Assembly (NCBI GenBank): GCA_033581555.1
Contig: JAVQSZ010000001.1
Location: forward strand, 9,000-32,999
From: Nitrososphaerota archaeon
GTDB taxonomy: Archaea > Thermoproteota > Nitrososphaeria_A > Caldarchaeales > Calditenuaceae
Direction of reading: 5' to 3'
Length of the DNA: 24,000 bases
The notes beneath the pieces are model-generated. The model was not told the origin of the DNA. It searched no databases and saw nothing but the letters and a program-made list of their open reading frames with translations. The position numbers were made by a program, and so were the translations under genes. Below are positions 13,983 through 22,301 of the stretch, piece by piece (the first letter of the stretch is position 1; the number at the start of each line of letters is the position of its first letter).

Positions 13983-15145
13983 TCCTGATCACCCGCGAGA
14001 AGGACCGCAGTCCCGGCCAGCGCGCCGAAACCCGAGACAGAGATCACGGCACCTGCCCTCGCGTTGTCGACCTGCCTCTTCCCGGCCCTCCCGGTCAGCT
14101 GCATGTAGACCTCAGCGACCTGATAGAGCGCGGTGGCCCCGATCGGGTGTCCCCTCGCCTTGAGGCCTCCGAAGGCGTTGATCGGGAGGTCCCCGCCGAG
14201 CTCGTACTTCCCGGACTTCAGGTCCTGGCCGCTCTCGGACCTCCTCGAGAACCCCCCACTCTCGAGTATCAGGGGCACCATGACCGAGAAGGAGTCGTGG
14301 AGCTCCAGGACGTCCAAATCCCCCCTCGAGATCCCGCTCCTGAGAAGGGCCTCATCGACCGAGAGCGCGACCGACGTCATGAAGAGCGGGTCCTCCCTGT
14401 CGAATGGCGAGACGTAGTCGGTCCTCAGGCTGATACCGCCTATCCTGACCGCCTGACCGGACGCCCGCTTCCTCTCAGCGTCCCCCGAAGCCAGGACCAC
14501 CGCCGCCGCGCCGTCTCCGGGCGCGAAGCACTCAAGCCTCCTGAGCGGCGGCGCTACCTCCGGCGACCCGAGGACGTCCTCGAGCCTCACCTTGAACGGG
14601 AACTGCGCGTGACCCACGCCTTCCGCATTGCTGTGCATCAAGACCGGGAACTGGGCGACGAGCTCCTGCGGCATCTCGTACCTCTCGAGGTAAGTCCTGT
14701 AAAGGAGGGCCGCGACCGAAGCGGGCGTTATTCCCGCGTACCCTATCGTCTCGTAGGGGAGCGTCATCGAGTGGACAGAGTTGAACTCGTCCGGGAGCAG
14801 GTCGGAGAGCTTCTCGCCCCCGACGACCAGCGCGAAGTCCGCGAGGCCCGATGCGACCGCAGCGTAGGCCTCCATTAGCGCCGCCAGCCCAGAGGCTTCG
14901 CCTCCTTCGACCCTAACTCCGTAGACGCTTCTGAGGCCGAGCGCCTCCGCGACCAGCGCGGAGATCCCGGCCTGGTTGGACGTGACCTCACAGAAGGAGC
15001 ACGCTACGTAGACGCCGTCGACCCTCTCGACCCCCGCGTCCTCGATCGCAGCGAGGGAGGCCTCGGCCATTAGGTCGGTGAGCGACTTGTCCCAGTGCTC
15101 GCCAACCTTCGTGTACCCCACGCCGACGACGTGGACGCTCCTCAT
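13979..15145 (-). CDS. Acetyl-CoA C-acetyltransferase (archaeal thiolase)
   Basis: 388 aa, MRSVHVVGVGYTKVGEHW..., thiolase-like blocks, and a C-terminal GFGALAG-type motif. It sits between HMGCS and DUF35. Confidence 0.9.
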   Translation of the reverse strand: MRSVHVVGVGYTKVGEHWDKSLTDLMAEASLAAIEDAGVERVDGVYVACSFCEVTSNQAGISALVAEALGLRSVYGVRVEGGEASGLAALMEAYAAVASGLADFALVVGGEKLSDLLPDEFNSVHSMTLPYETIGYAGITPASVAALLYRTYLERYEMPQELVAQFPVLMHSNAEGVGHAQFPFKVRLEDVLGSPEVAPPLRRLECFAPGDGAAAVVLASGDAERKRASGQAVRIGGISLRTDYVSPFDREDPLFMTSVALSVDEALLRSGISRGDLDVLELHDSFSVMVPLILESGGFSRRSESGQDLKSGKYELGGDLPINAFGGLKARGHPIGATALYQVAEVYMQLTGRAGKRQVDNARAGAVISVSGFGALAGTAVLLAGDQD

Positions 15146-15148
15146 CCC

Positions 15149-16198
15149 TCAGGCACCGCGGATCTTGTCCCTGTGCCGCAGATAGGTGGCGTAATCGACG
15201 TACTTCGCCCTCTTGATCAGCGCCTCGAGCAGCGGCGCCCTCGGCCTCCTTTCGAGCAGCCCCTCCTTCGTCTCGATCAGGAAGGAGTCGCTCCCCGCTC
15301 CGGAGCCGAACGACGTGAGGACGATCCGCTGACCGGGCTTGGCGGCGTCGAGGACCCTCACCAGCCCCATCATCGAGCTAGCGGCGTAGGTGTTCCCGAT
15401 CAGGTGCGTCACCACCCCGAGCTCGACCTTCTCCTTCGGGACCCCGAGGACCTTTGCCGCAGCGAACGGGAACTTGTAGTTCGGCTGGTGGAAGACGAAG
15501 TAGTCGACGTCGGAGACCTTCAGCCCCGCCTCCTCAAGGAGCCCCTTCACCGCGGAGAGGGTGTGGTGGAAGTACGCAGGCTCGCCGGTGAACCTGAAGG
15601 TGTGGGAGGGGTAGCGCTCGTGGGCCCTCCTCCAGAAGTCGGGCGTGTCGGTGACGTAGCTCCTGGCGTACTCTATCGTCGCGACCTCACCGTTGCCAGC
15701 CCTCCCCACTACGAAGGCGGCCGCACCCGCGGCGGCGGTGAACTCGAGCGCGTCGCCGGGCCTGCCCTGGGCCGTGTCGGCCCCGATCGCGAGGCCTGCC
15801 TTGATGATGCCCGCCGAGACCAGCCCCGAGATCATCTGGAGGGCCTCGGTCCCCGCCTTGCAGGCGAACTCCAGGTCGGCAGCGAGGTGGTTGGGAGGGA
15901 TGCCCAGCGCCTCGGCCACCACGGTCCCGGAGGGCTTCACCGCGTAGGGATGGGACTCGGAGCCGACGTTGACGGCCCCTATCTCCGAAGCGTCGATCCC
16001 GGCCCTCCTCATCGCGTACCTCGCGGCCTCGATCGCCATCGTGATCGCGTCCTCGTCGAGCTCGTTGACCGACTTCTCCCTCACCGGGAGCGCGTCCTCC
16101 TCCCTACCCCAGACCCTCGCGATCTCCGCCGCCTTTATCCTCAGCCTCGGGACGTAGCCTCCGTATCCCAGTATCGCGACGTCCCTTATCCGGGCCAA
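15149..16198 (-). CDS. Hydroxymethylglutaryl-CoA synthase (archaeal type)
   Basis: 349 aa with a TTG start (MARIRDVAILGYGGYVPRLRI...). Includes GSESHPYAVKP. Its stop lies 3 nt before the thiolase ATG. Confidence 0.9.
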   Translation of the reverse strand: MARIRDVAILGYGGYVPRLRIKAAEIARVWGREEDALPVREKSVNELDEDAITMAIEAARYAMRRAGIDASEIGAVNVGSESHPYAVKPSGTVVAEALGIPPNHLAADLEFACKAGTEALQMISGLVSAGIIKAGLAIGADTAQGRPGDALEFTAAAGAAAFVVGRAGNGEVATIEYARSYVTDTPDFWRRAHERYPSHTFRFTGEPAYFHHTLSAVKGLLEEAGLKVSDVDYFVFHQPNYKFPFAAAKVLGVPKEKVELGVVTHLIGNTYAASSMMGLVRVLDAAKPGQRIVLTSFGSGAGSDSFLIETKEGLLERRPRAPLLEALIKRAKYVDYATYLRHRDKIRGA

Positions 16199-16222
16199 CT
16201 CTCCAGAGAGCGATCCGATCGG

Positions 16223-16279
16223 GATAAAAACTTGCCTAAATTGGTGTTAGGCAATCGATTATCTCCCCGAGCTAAATAA
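16223..16279. promoter_or_regulatory. Divergent HMGCS-operon/lrp control region with two TATA-like boxes flanking an 8-7-8 palindrome
   Basis: On the minus strand, TTTTTATC (16230-16223) lies 25 nt before the HMGCS TTG 16198. On the plus strand, CTAAATAA (16272-16279) lies about 21 nt before the lrp GTG 16300. Between them is TTGCCTAA-attggtg-TTAGGCAA (16232-16254). Confidence 0.45.
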
Positions 16280-16299
16280 CGGGAAGCGGGAGGGACCGC

Positions 16300-16749
16300 G
16301 TGCCGGCGTTGGACGAGAGGGACGTCAAGATCCTCGAGGCGCTGAGGAGGGACGCCAGGAAGACTTTCACCGACCTGGCCAGCGAGCTGAACCTCCCGAG
16401 GACGACGGTCCAGGAGAGGGTCAGGAGGCTGATCGAGGAGGGCTACATCAGGTCCTTCACCGCGATACCGGACTACTCGAAGATCGGGAGCGGGACGACC
16501 GCGTTCGTCCTGGTCTCCTTCGCGCCGACGATGGACGTCTCCCAGCGGGAGCTCGCGGCCCAGATCGCCAAGTTCCCCGAGGTCTTCGAGGTCCACCTCG
16601 TCAGCGGTCAGTGGGACATGATCCTGAAGGTGAGGGGCTCTTCGGTCGAGGACGTCGGCAAGCTGGTGATAGACAGGCTCAGGCCGTTGAAGAACGTCGC
16701 CAGGACCGAGACCTGCTTCGTCTTCGAGACGGTGAAGGAGCAGCCCTGA
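16300..16749 (+). CDS. lrp: Lrp/AsnC family transcriptional regulator
   Basis: LDERDVKILEALRRDARKTFTDLASELNLPRTTVQERVRRLIEEGYI forms the HTH, followed by a RAM/ACT-like C-terminal domain. The start is GTG 16300 or TTG 16309. Confidence 0.85.
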   Translation: MPALDERDVKILEALRRDARKTFTDLASELNLPRTTVQERVRRLIEEGYIRSFTAIPDYSKIGSGTTAFVLVSFAPTMDVSQRELAAQIAKFPEVFEVHLVSGQWDMILKVRGSSVEDVGKLVIDRLRPLKNVARTETCFVFETVKEQP

Positions 16750-16844
16750 CGTCCCTGTCCCGATCCGACCTCCGAGATCCCCGACGCCCTGTCTTTCAAT
16801 ACGCTTAAATAAGGTCGAGGAGCAGCTCCGCCAGGCGGTTCGTC

Positions 16845-17684
16845 ATGCTTGTGACCGGTACGGACGTGAGGGACGCGCTGGTCAGGCTGATAAGGGTCGG
16901 GGCGCTTATAGCGGTCTTGGGCGCGGTCCACGTCCTGACCCTCCTCCTCGACTGGGTCTCCCTCCTCTACGACAACGTGATGACCGAGGGCGTCCAAGGT
17001 TACGACCTGCCCCTCAGTTTCACCCTCTCGATGCTGGCCGCGGCCCTCGCCGGGGCTTCAGGGGTCCTGGCCTCGGTCTCCACGAACATAAGGGTCCTCA
17101 GGTTCGCGGTCCCGGCCTTCGCGCTGAGCGGTGCCGTCCTCGCGATCCTCTCGCCGCTCTACTCCGTCCTCTACGTCCTCCCCTCGCTCCACGTCGACTT
17201 CAGGACCGAGGTCGGGGCGATCGCGGCGCTCTTCACCGGGGTCGCGATGGCCGGCGGCGGCGCGATATCCACGATGATCGGACTCGTGGCCCTCCGTCCC
17301 GAGACCCAACCCTCTGCCTACCAGCCCTACGCCCCGCTGGGGGTGGAGGCAGCGGTTGGCGGAGCGGCCTCGACGCCGTTCGAGCAGTCCGAGTCCGAGG
17401 AGGAGGTCTTCGACGAGCTCCTGAGGGGCGAGTCCGATGAGGCCTTCCCCGGCTTAGGGGCTCAGGCGCAGCAGGAAGTCCAGCAGGTCTTCACACCGTC
17501 GACGAGGCCTCCGGCCTCCCAGCAGCAGGCGACCAGGAGGGTATGCGTGATCTGCGGCGAAATCATACAGCCCGCGTCGCTGAGGACCTGCCCGGGCTGC
17601 GGCGAGCCGATGCACAGGGAGTGCGTCGAGACCTGGAGGGACCTTGGGGGCAAGTGTCCCACCTGCGGGACCCCTCTCTCCTGA
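16845..17684 (+). CDS. Polytopic membrane protein with a C-terminal C4HC3 RING-CH/PHD-like zinc finger, 279 aa
   Basis: Four long hydrophobic segments occupy the first ~150 aa, followed by an acidic/Q-rich linker. The finger is CVIC-x11-CPGC-x4-H-x2-C-x10-CPTC (nt 17544-17666). TATA-like TTAAATAA lies at 16805-16812. Confidence 0.7.
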   Translation: MLVTGTDVRDALVRLIRVGALIAVLGAVHVLTLLLDWVSLLYDNVMTEGVQGYDLPLSFTLSMLAAALAGASGVLASVSTNIRVLRFAVPAFALSGAVLAILSPLYSVLYVLPSLHVDFRTEVGAIAALFTGVAMAGGGAISTMIGLVALRPETQPSAYQPYAPLGVEAAVGGAASTPFEQSESEEEVFDELLRGESDEAFPGLGAQAQQEVQQVFTPSTRPPASQQQATRRVCVICGEIIQPASLRTCPGCGEPMHRECVETWRDLGGKCPTCGTPLS

Positions 17685-17722
17685 TGGGTTTTTCTATGAC
17701 GGCCTGACGCTCCGGATCGGCG

Positions 17723-19195
17723 ATGTCCGACAGGGTCTACGACGAGCTGATCGACCTCTCCCTGCGGAGGGGCTTCTTCTTCCCCTCATGCGAGATCTAC
17801 GACGACGCCCCTGCAGGCTTCTGGGACTACGGCCCGCTCGGGTTAGGGCTGAGGAACAGGTTCGTCGAGGCCTGGAGGCGGTACGTCGTCAGGTACGACG
17901 GCATGGTAGAGCTCGACGGCTCCGTGATCATGGCTAAGAGGGTCTTCGTCGCCTCGGGGCACCTCGCGTCCTTCGCGGACCCGGTCACCAAGTGCAGGTC
18001 CTGCGGCGCGATCTACAGGGCCGACAGGCTGGTCCAGGAGGCAACCGGGAAGATAGTTCCGGAGAGGCTCAGGGACGAGGAGATCTACGCGCTCATCCTC
18101 GAGCACGGGATCAGGTGCCAGAGGTGCGGCGGCGAGCTCAGCGGTGTCGAGAGGTTCAACATGATGTTTGGGGTCAGCGTCGGGGGCGAGGGCGAGGAGG
18201 CCTACCTGAGGCCCGAGACCTGTCAGTCCCTATTCGTCGACTTCATCAGGACCTACAAGACAGGCTGGTCGAGGCTCCCGCTGCCCCTCTGCCAGTTCGG
18301 GAAGAGCTTCAGGAACGAGATCGCTCCAAGGCAGAGCCTCCTGAGGCTCAGGGAGTTCTACCAGGCCGAGGTCGAGGTCTTCTTCGATCCCGAGGACGAG
18401 GTCGATCCGGTCAGGTGGAGGAGGTTGAAGGACTACGTCCTGAGGTTCGGGGACGAACACGGGAACTTCACCGAGGTCACCGCCGAGGATGCGCTGAGGA
18501 GGGGGATCGTATCCCATTGGCTACCCGCCTATTACCTCGCCCTGATCCAGAGGTTCTACGAGGTCCTGGGCGTTGAGAGGTCGAGGATAAGGCTCAGGAG
18601 GCTCGGCGAGGACGAGAAGGCCTTCTACGCGAGGGAGGCCTGGGACCTCGAGGTCTTGACCTCGCTGGGTTGGATCGAGCTGGTCGCGTGCAACTACAGG
18701 GGCGACTACGACCTCTCGGGACACATGAAGGTCAGCGGGAAGGACCTCACGGTCCTGAACCGGAACAGGAAGGTCCTGCCGCACGTCTTCGAGCTCTCGA
18801 TGGGCGTCGACAGGAGCGTCTACGTCTTGATGGAGCTCGGGTACGCGAAGGAGCCCAAGAGGAGGGTCCTGAGGGTGCCCAAGTTCCTCGCGCCGGTCCA
18901 GGTCGCGGTCCTCCCGCTCGTAGAGAGGGACGGCCTCCCCGAGAGGGCCTGGGAGATCTACGAGGGCCTCAGGGTCGACTTCGACGCTGTCTACGAGCCG
19001 AAGGACGCGATCGGGAAGAGGTACCACATGCTCGACGAGATCGGCGTCCCCTACTGCGTCACGGTCGACTACCAGACCCTCGAGGACGACACGGTCACGG
19101 TCAGGGACAGGGACACGACGCAGCAGGTGAGGGTCCGTGTCTCAGAGCTGAAGGAATGGCTGAGCAGGGCACTAGCTTACCCGAGGGTCGATTGA
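17723..19195 (+). CDS. glyS: Glycine--tRNA ligase (class II, alpha2 archaeal/eukaryotic type)
   Basis: RRGFFFPSCEIYDDAPAGFWDYGPLG, FNMMF, YLRPETCQ, GKSFRNEIAPR, a C-terminal anticodon-binding domain (VAVLPL...GKRYHMLDEIGVPYCVTVD), and a CxxC...CxxC insertion; 490 aa. Confidence 0.9.
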   Translation: MSDRVYDELIDLSLRRGFFFPSCEIYDDAPAGFWDYGPLGLGLRNRFVEAWRRYVVRYDGMVELDGSVIMAKRVFVASGHLASFADPVTKCRSCGAIYRADRLVQEATGKIVPERLRDEEIYALILEHGIRCQRCGGELSGVERFNMMFGVSVGGEGEEAYLRPETCQSLFVDFIRTYKTGWSRLPLPLCQFGKSFRNEIAPRQSLLRLREFYQAEVEVFFDPEDEVDPVRWRRLKDYVLRFGDEHGNFTEVTAEDALRRGIVSHWLPAYYLALIQRFYEVLGVERSRIRLRRLGEDEKAFYAREAWDLEVLTSLGWIELVACNYRGDYDLSGHMKVSGKDLTVLNRNRKVLPHVFELSMGVDRSVYVLMELGYAKEPKRRVLRVPKFLAPVQVAVLPLVERDGLPERAWEIYEGLRVDFDAVYEPKDAIGKRYHMLDEIGVPYCVTVDYQTLEDDTVTVRDRDTTQQVRVRVSELKEWLSRALAYPRVD

Positions 19196-19265
19196 GGGGC
19201 CGCAGCGTCTCGCCGGTAACGCCTATAGGAGCGGGGAACGCTCTGCAGATCTCTGGGGTGGGAGA

Positions 19266-19739
19266 ATGAGGCAGAGGGTCAGGCTCACCTGCGCGCTGGT
19301 CGACAGGCCCGGGACGCTCCTGAAGGTCCTCGAGCAGATAGCCCTCGCGGGCGGCAACATCATCTCGATCGTCCACAACAGGGAGAGCATAACCTCTGGG
19401 TACGTGCCCGTCAGCATCAACGTCGAGTTCCCCGACGCCCAGAGCCTCGAGAGGGCTAGGAGGGGGATCGAGGGGGTCGGGGTCCCCGTGATGGGCGCGG
19501 AGAGCCTCGAGAGGCGGATGGTGACCGCAATCGTCGTCGGGGGCGTTAGGCTAGACTCTCTCCTCTCCGAGCTCGAGTCGAGGGGCTACAGGGTCATCGA
19601 GTCGTCCGCGAGGGGCTTCGGCGAGGGTCTCACCGTCAGGCTGCTCCTGGAGGTCCCAACGGGGAGGGTGAGGGAGCTGGAGGAGGACCTTCAGGCGATC
19701 GCGGAGATGCACGGGGCTCTCGCGATCCCGGAGGTGTGA
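19266..19739 (+). CDS. ACT-domain (amino-acid-binding) protein
   Basis: RLTCALVDRPGTLLKVLEQIALAGGNIISIVH is a typical ACT beta-alpha-beta start. The protein is 157 aa and lies immediately upstream of homoserine dehydrogenase. Confidence 0.7.
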   Translation: MRQRVRLTCALVDRPGTLLKVLEQIALAGGNIISIVHNRESITSGYVPVSINVEFPDAQSLERARRGIEGVGVPVMGAESLERRMVTAIVVGGVRLDSLLSELESRGYRVIESSARGFGEGLTVRLLLEVPTGRVRELEEDLQAIAEMHGALAIPEV

Positions 19740-19743
19740 GGCG

Positions 19744-20730
19744 CTGGGCCTGAGGGTCTTCGTCAACGGCTACGGGTTCCTGGGGAGGCTGCTCGCTACG
19801 AGCTTGACCGAGGGCAGGGTCCCGGGAGCGAGGCTCGTCGGGGTGGCGAGGTCGTCGGGCTACCTTTACAGAGAGGAGGGACTGACCCGGGATGAGATCG
19901 CGGGGGAGGTCCGGGACTCAGCGGCCTTCGTCAGGGGGAGCTCGACCTCGCTGATCAGGGAGCGGGCCTTCGACGTCCTGGTGGAGCTGACGCCGACCAA
20001 CCTCCCCAGCGCGGAACCGGGCCTCAGCAACATCAGGTCGGCCCTGGAGAACGGGATCGACGTCGTCACGGCCAACAAGGCGCCGATCGCGCTCCACTAC
20101 GCCGAGCTGGCGGAGCTCTCGAGGTCGACGGGCTCGCTCCTGCTCTTCGACGCGACCGTGGGAGGGGGAATACCGCTGATAACGCTAAGGAGGCTCTGCA
20201 CGCGCGGCGACGACCTCCTCTCGATCAAGGGGATCCTGAACGGGACCACCAATTACATCCTCAGCAGGATGCAGTTCGAGGGTCTGACCTTCGAGCTGGC
20301 GCTCAGGGAGGCCCAGAACCTCGGGATCGCGGAGAGGGACCCCTCGCTGGACGTCAACGGCTACGACACCGCCCTGAAGCTCTTGATCCTGGCGAACTCC
20401 CTGATGGGGTTGAACAAGGGCCTCAGCGACGTCAAGGTCGTAGGGATCTCCAAGGTCACGCAGGAGGCGGTCGCGGCAGCCAAGGAGTCCAACATGTCGG
20501 TCAAGCTGATCGGGTCCGTCGACGGGGAGGGGAGGCTCTCGGTCGGCCCGAGGCTCGTGAAGGCCAACGACCCCCTCTGCGTCCACGGGATGCTTAACGC
20601 GGTCACGTTCAGGTTCAGTATCGCGGGAGACCTGACGCTGATCGGCCACGGAGCGGGCGAGCCCACCATCGCGGCCCTCCTCAACGACCTCCATCAGGTC
20701 GTCGAGCACCGGCTCAGAGCGAGAGCCTGA
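19744..20730 (+). CDS. hom: Homoserine dehydrogenase (start uncertain; the first canonical start is TTG 19804)
   Basis: NKAPIALHY, ILNGTTNYILSRM, EAQNLGIAERDPSLDVNGYDTALKLLILAN, and GHGAGEPTIAALLNDL. The NAD-binding LRVFVNGYGFLGRLL lies in frame upstream of 19804. The frame is open from 19672 with no ATG/GTG/TTG. The SD-like GGAGGTG (19730-19736) lies 7 nt before CTG 19744. Confidence 0.85.
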   Translation: MGLRVFVNGYGFLGRLLATSLTEGRVPGARLVGVARSSGYLYREEGLTRDEIAGEVRDSAAFVRGSSTSLIRERAFDVLVELTPTNLPSAEPGLSNIRSALENGIDVVTANKAPIALHYAELAELSRSTGSLLLFDATVGGGIPLITLRRLCTRGDDLLSIKGILNGTTNYILSRMQFEGLTFELALREAQNLGIAERDPSLDVNGYDTALKLLILANSLMGLNKGLSDVKVVGISKVTQEAVAAAKESNMSVKLIGSVDGEGRLSVGPRLVKANDPLCVHGMLNAVTFRFSIAGDLTLIGHGAGEPTIAALLNDLHQVVEHRLRARA

Positions 20731-21490
20731 TGGCGATCAGGGCGGCGAAGGTCACGGTCGAGGCCGCGAGGACCGCGAAGTCCCTCCGCGTCGGCCTCAG
20801 GACGTAGAAGCTGGTCCTCTCCTTGACCGCGCCGTAGCACTTCACCTCGAGGGCCTCGGCCATCTCGAAGGACCTCTTCAGCGCGTTGATCACGACGGGC
20901 ACGAAGGCCCTCACGTAGTTCCTGAACCTCTTGACCGGGTTCCTGGTGGTGTAGTCGACGCCCCGCAGCCTCTGCGAGTCGATCACCTCTTGGATCTCCT
21001 CGAGGAAGAGGGGCGCGAACCTTATCGCGGCGGTCATCGCAAAGGCGTAGTCCTGTGGCATCCTGAGGGACCTGAGGGTGGCAGCCATGGCCTCCGGCGA
21101 GACGGTCAGGAGGAAGAACGAGAAGGAGACGATCGCCGCGACGAACCTCATCAGCTGGGATGCGTTCAGCAGCGCGAACTCCCTGCTCAGGGGGTTCATG
21201 CCCTGAGTGATGAACCCGAGCGCGTTGAGCAGCACCACGAAGGCCAGGAAGAAAGAGAGCGCCCTGATCGTCCTCAGGAGCCTTCTCGCGGCGCCGATGG
21301 CCCGAAGCGCGAGCGCAACGACGGAGAGGACCGCCGCGGAGACCGAGATGCTGAGGAGGGGAGGCCTGTCGTAGATCAGGGTCGAGGCGAAGAGGTAGAC
21401 CGCGATCAGGAGCTTCACCCTCGGGTCCAGTCTGATCAGGGCCGAGTCGACTTCCCTGTACCTCAGGAGGTCAGCCACGTTCACCGACAC
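20714..21490 (-). CDS. ecfT: ECF transporter transmembrane (T) component, EcfT/CbiQ family
   Basis: Multi-TM protein with the coupling-helix region ALRSLRMPQDYAFAMTAAIRFAPLFLEEIQEVIDSQRLRG. The start is GTG 21490 or GTG 21478; either overlaps the end of the upstream ATPase gene. Confidence 0.85.
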   Translation of the reverse strand: MSVNVADLLRYREVDSALIRLDPRVKLLIAVYLFASTLIYDRPPLLSISVSAAVLSVVALALRAIGAARRLLRTIRALSFFLAFVVLLNALGFITQGMNPLSREFALLNASQLMRFVAAIVSFSFFLLTVSPEAMAATLRSLRMPQDYAFAMTAAIRFAPLFLEEIQEVIDSQRLRGVDYTTRNPVKRFRNYVRAFVPVVINALKRSFEMAEALEVKCYGAVKERTSFYVLRPTRRDFAVLAASTVTFAALIAIRLSL

Positions 21491-22301
21491 GGGACTTGCA
21501 CCTCAGGATGCGCGCGACGCTCGAGACCAGCTCGTCGACCCTATGGGTGGTCGGGACGCCCAGGTGGGCTAGACGCCTCGATATCACGACCGACTGGGGA
21601 GGGAGGAGGTTCGCGGCCCTCAGGAGCCCTTCGTCGGAGAGGACCTCGGATGCGGGGCCCGAGGCCAGCACCCTCCCCGAGCTCAGGACGGCCACTCGAG
21701 GATCCAGCTCGGAGACGAACTCGACGTCGTGGGTCGCTACCACCACTCCCCTTCCCTCTCCCCTGATCGACTCGATCGTCTCGGCGATCGCCTCCCTCCC
21801 GGCCTTGTCCTGGCCCAGCGTCGGCTCGTCGAGGAGGAGGTACTTCGGGTCCCACGCGAGGACGACCGCGATCGCGAGCCTCTTCTTCTGACCGCCGCTC
21901 AGCGAGAAGGGCGACCTGTCCCTGAGGCCACCGAGCCCGAACCTCTCGAGGAGGGACTCGACCCGGCGTTCAGCGTCCCCGATCCCGAAGTTCCTGAGGG
22001 CGTAGTTCATCTCCTCCCAGACGCTCTCGAGGAAGAAGAGGCTGTCGGCTATTTGAGGGACGTAACCGACCGCCCTCGAGACCTCCTTCGTGGGCATCGA
22101 GTGGACGTCCCTGCCGTCGAGGAGGACCTTGCCGCTCCTCGGCTTCAGAAGGCCCACGAGGACCTTCATCAGCGTGGTCTTCCCGGCGCCGTTGCTTCCC
22201 ATCAGGGCCAGCACCTCGCCCCCCCTCACCTGGAGGTTTACGCCGTCCAGGGCCACCTTCCCGCTCGGGTACTCGTACCGAACGTCCACGGCCTCCAGCA
22301 T
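21471..22301 (-). CDS. ecfA2: ECF transporter ATPase component (second of two)
   Basis: Walker A GSNGAGKTT, signature LSGGQKKRLAIA, and Walker B LLLDEPT. The ATG overlaps the upstream stop (ATGA). Confidence 0.9.
   Translation of the reverse strand: MLEAVDVRYEYPSGKVALDGVNLQVRGGEVLALMGSNGAGKTTLMKVLVGLLKPRSGKVLLDGRDVHSMPTKEVSRAVGYVPQIADSLFFLESVWEEMNYALRNFGIGDAERRVESLLERFGLGGLRDRSPFSLSGGQKKRLAIAVVLAWDPKYLLLDEPTLGQDKAGREAIAETIESIRGEGRGVVVATHDVEFVSELDPRVAVLSSGRVLASGPASEVLSDEGLLRAANLLPPQSVVISRRLAHLGVPTTHRVDELVSSVARILRCKSRVGERG

Noticed and set aside
13575-16198. The HMGCS-thiolase-DUF35 cluster considered as a novel system.
   Set aside because: This is the well-described archaeal acetoacetyl-CoA thiolase/HMG-CoA synthase complex operon with its DUF35 scaffold. 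Only its upstream palindrome is reported as a finding.
17990-18140. CxxC...CxxC pair inside GlyRS considered as an unusual insertion.
   Set aside because: A zinc-knuckle insertion at this position of archaeal/eukaryotic-type GlyRS is, as far as I recall, a normal family feature. It is not novel on the present evidence.
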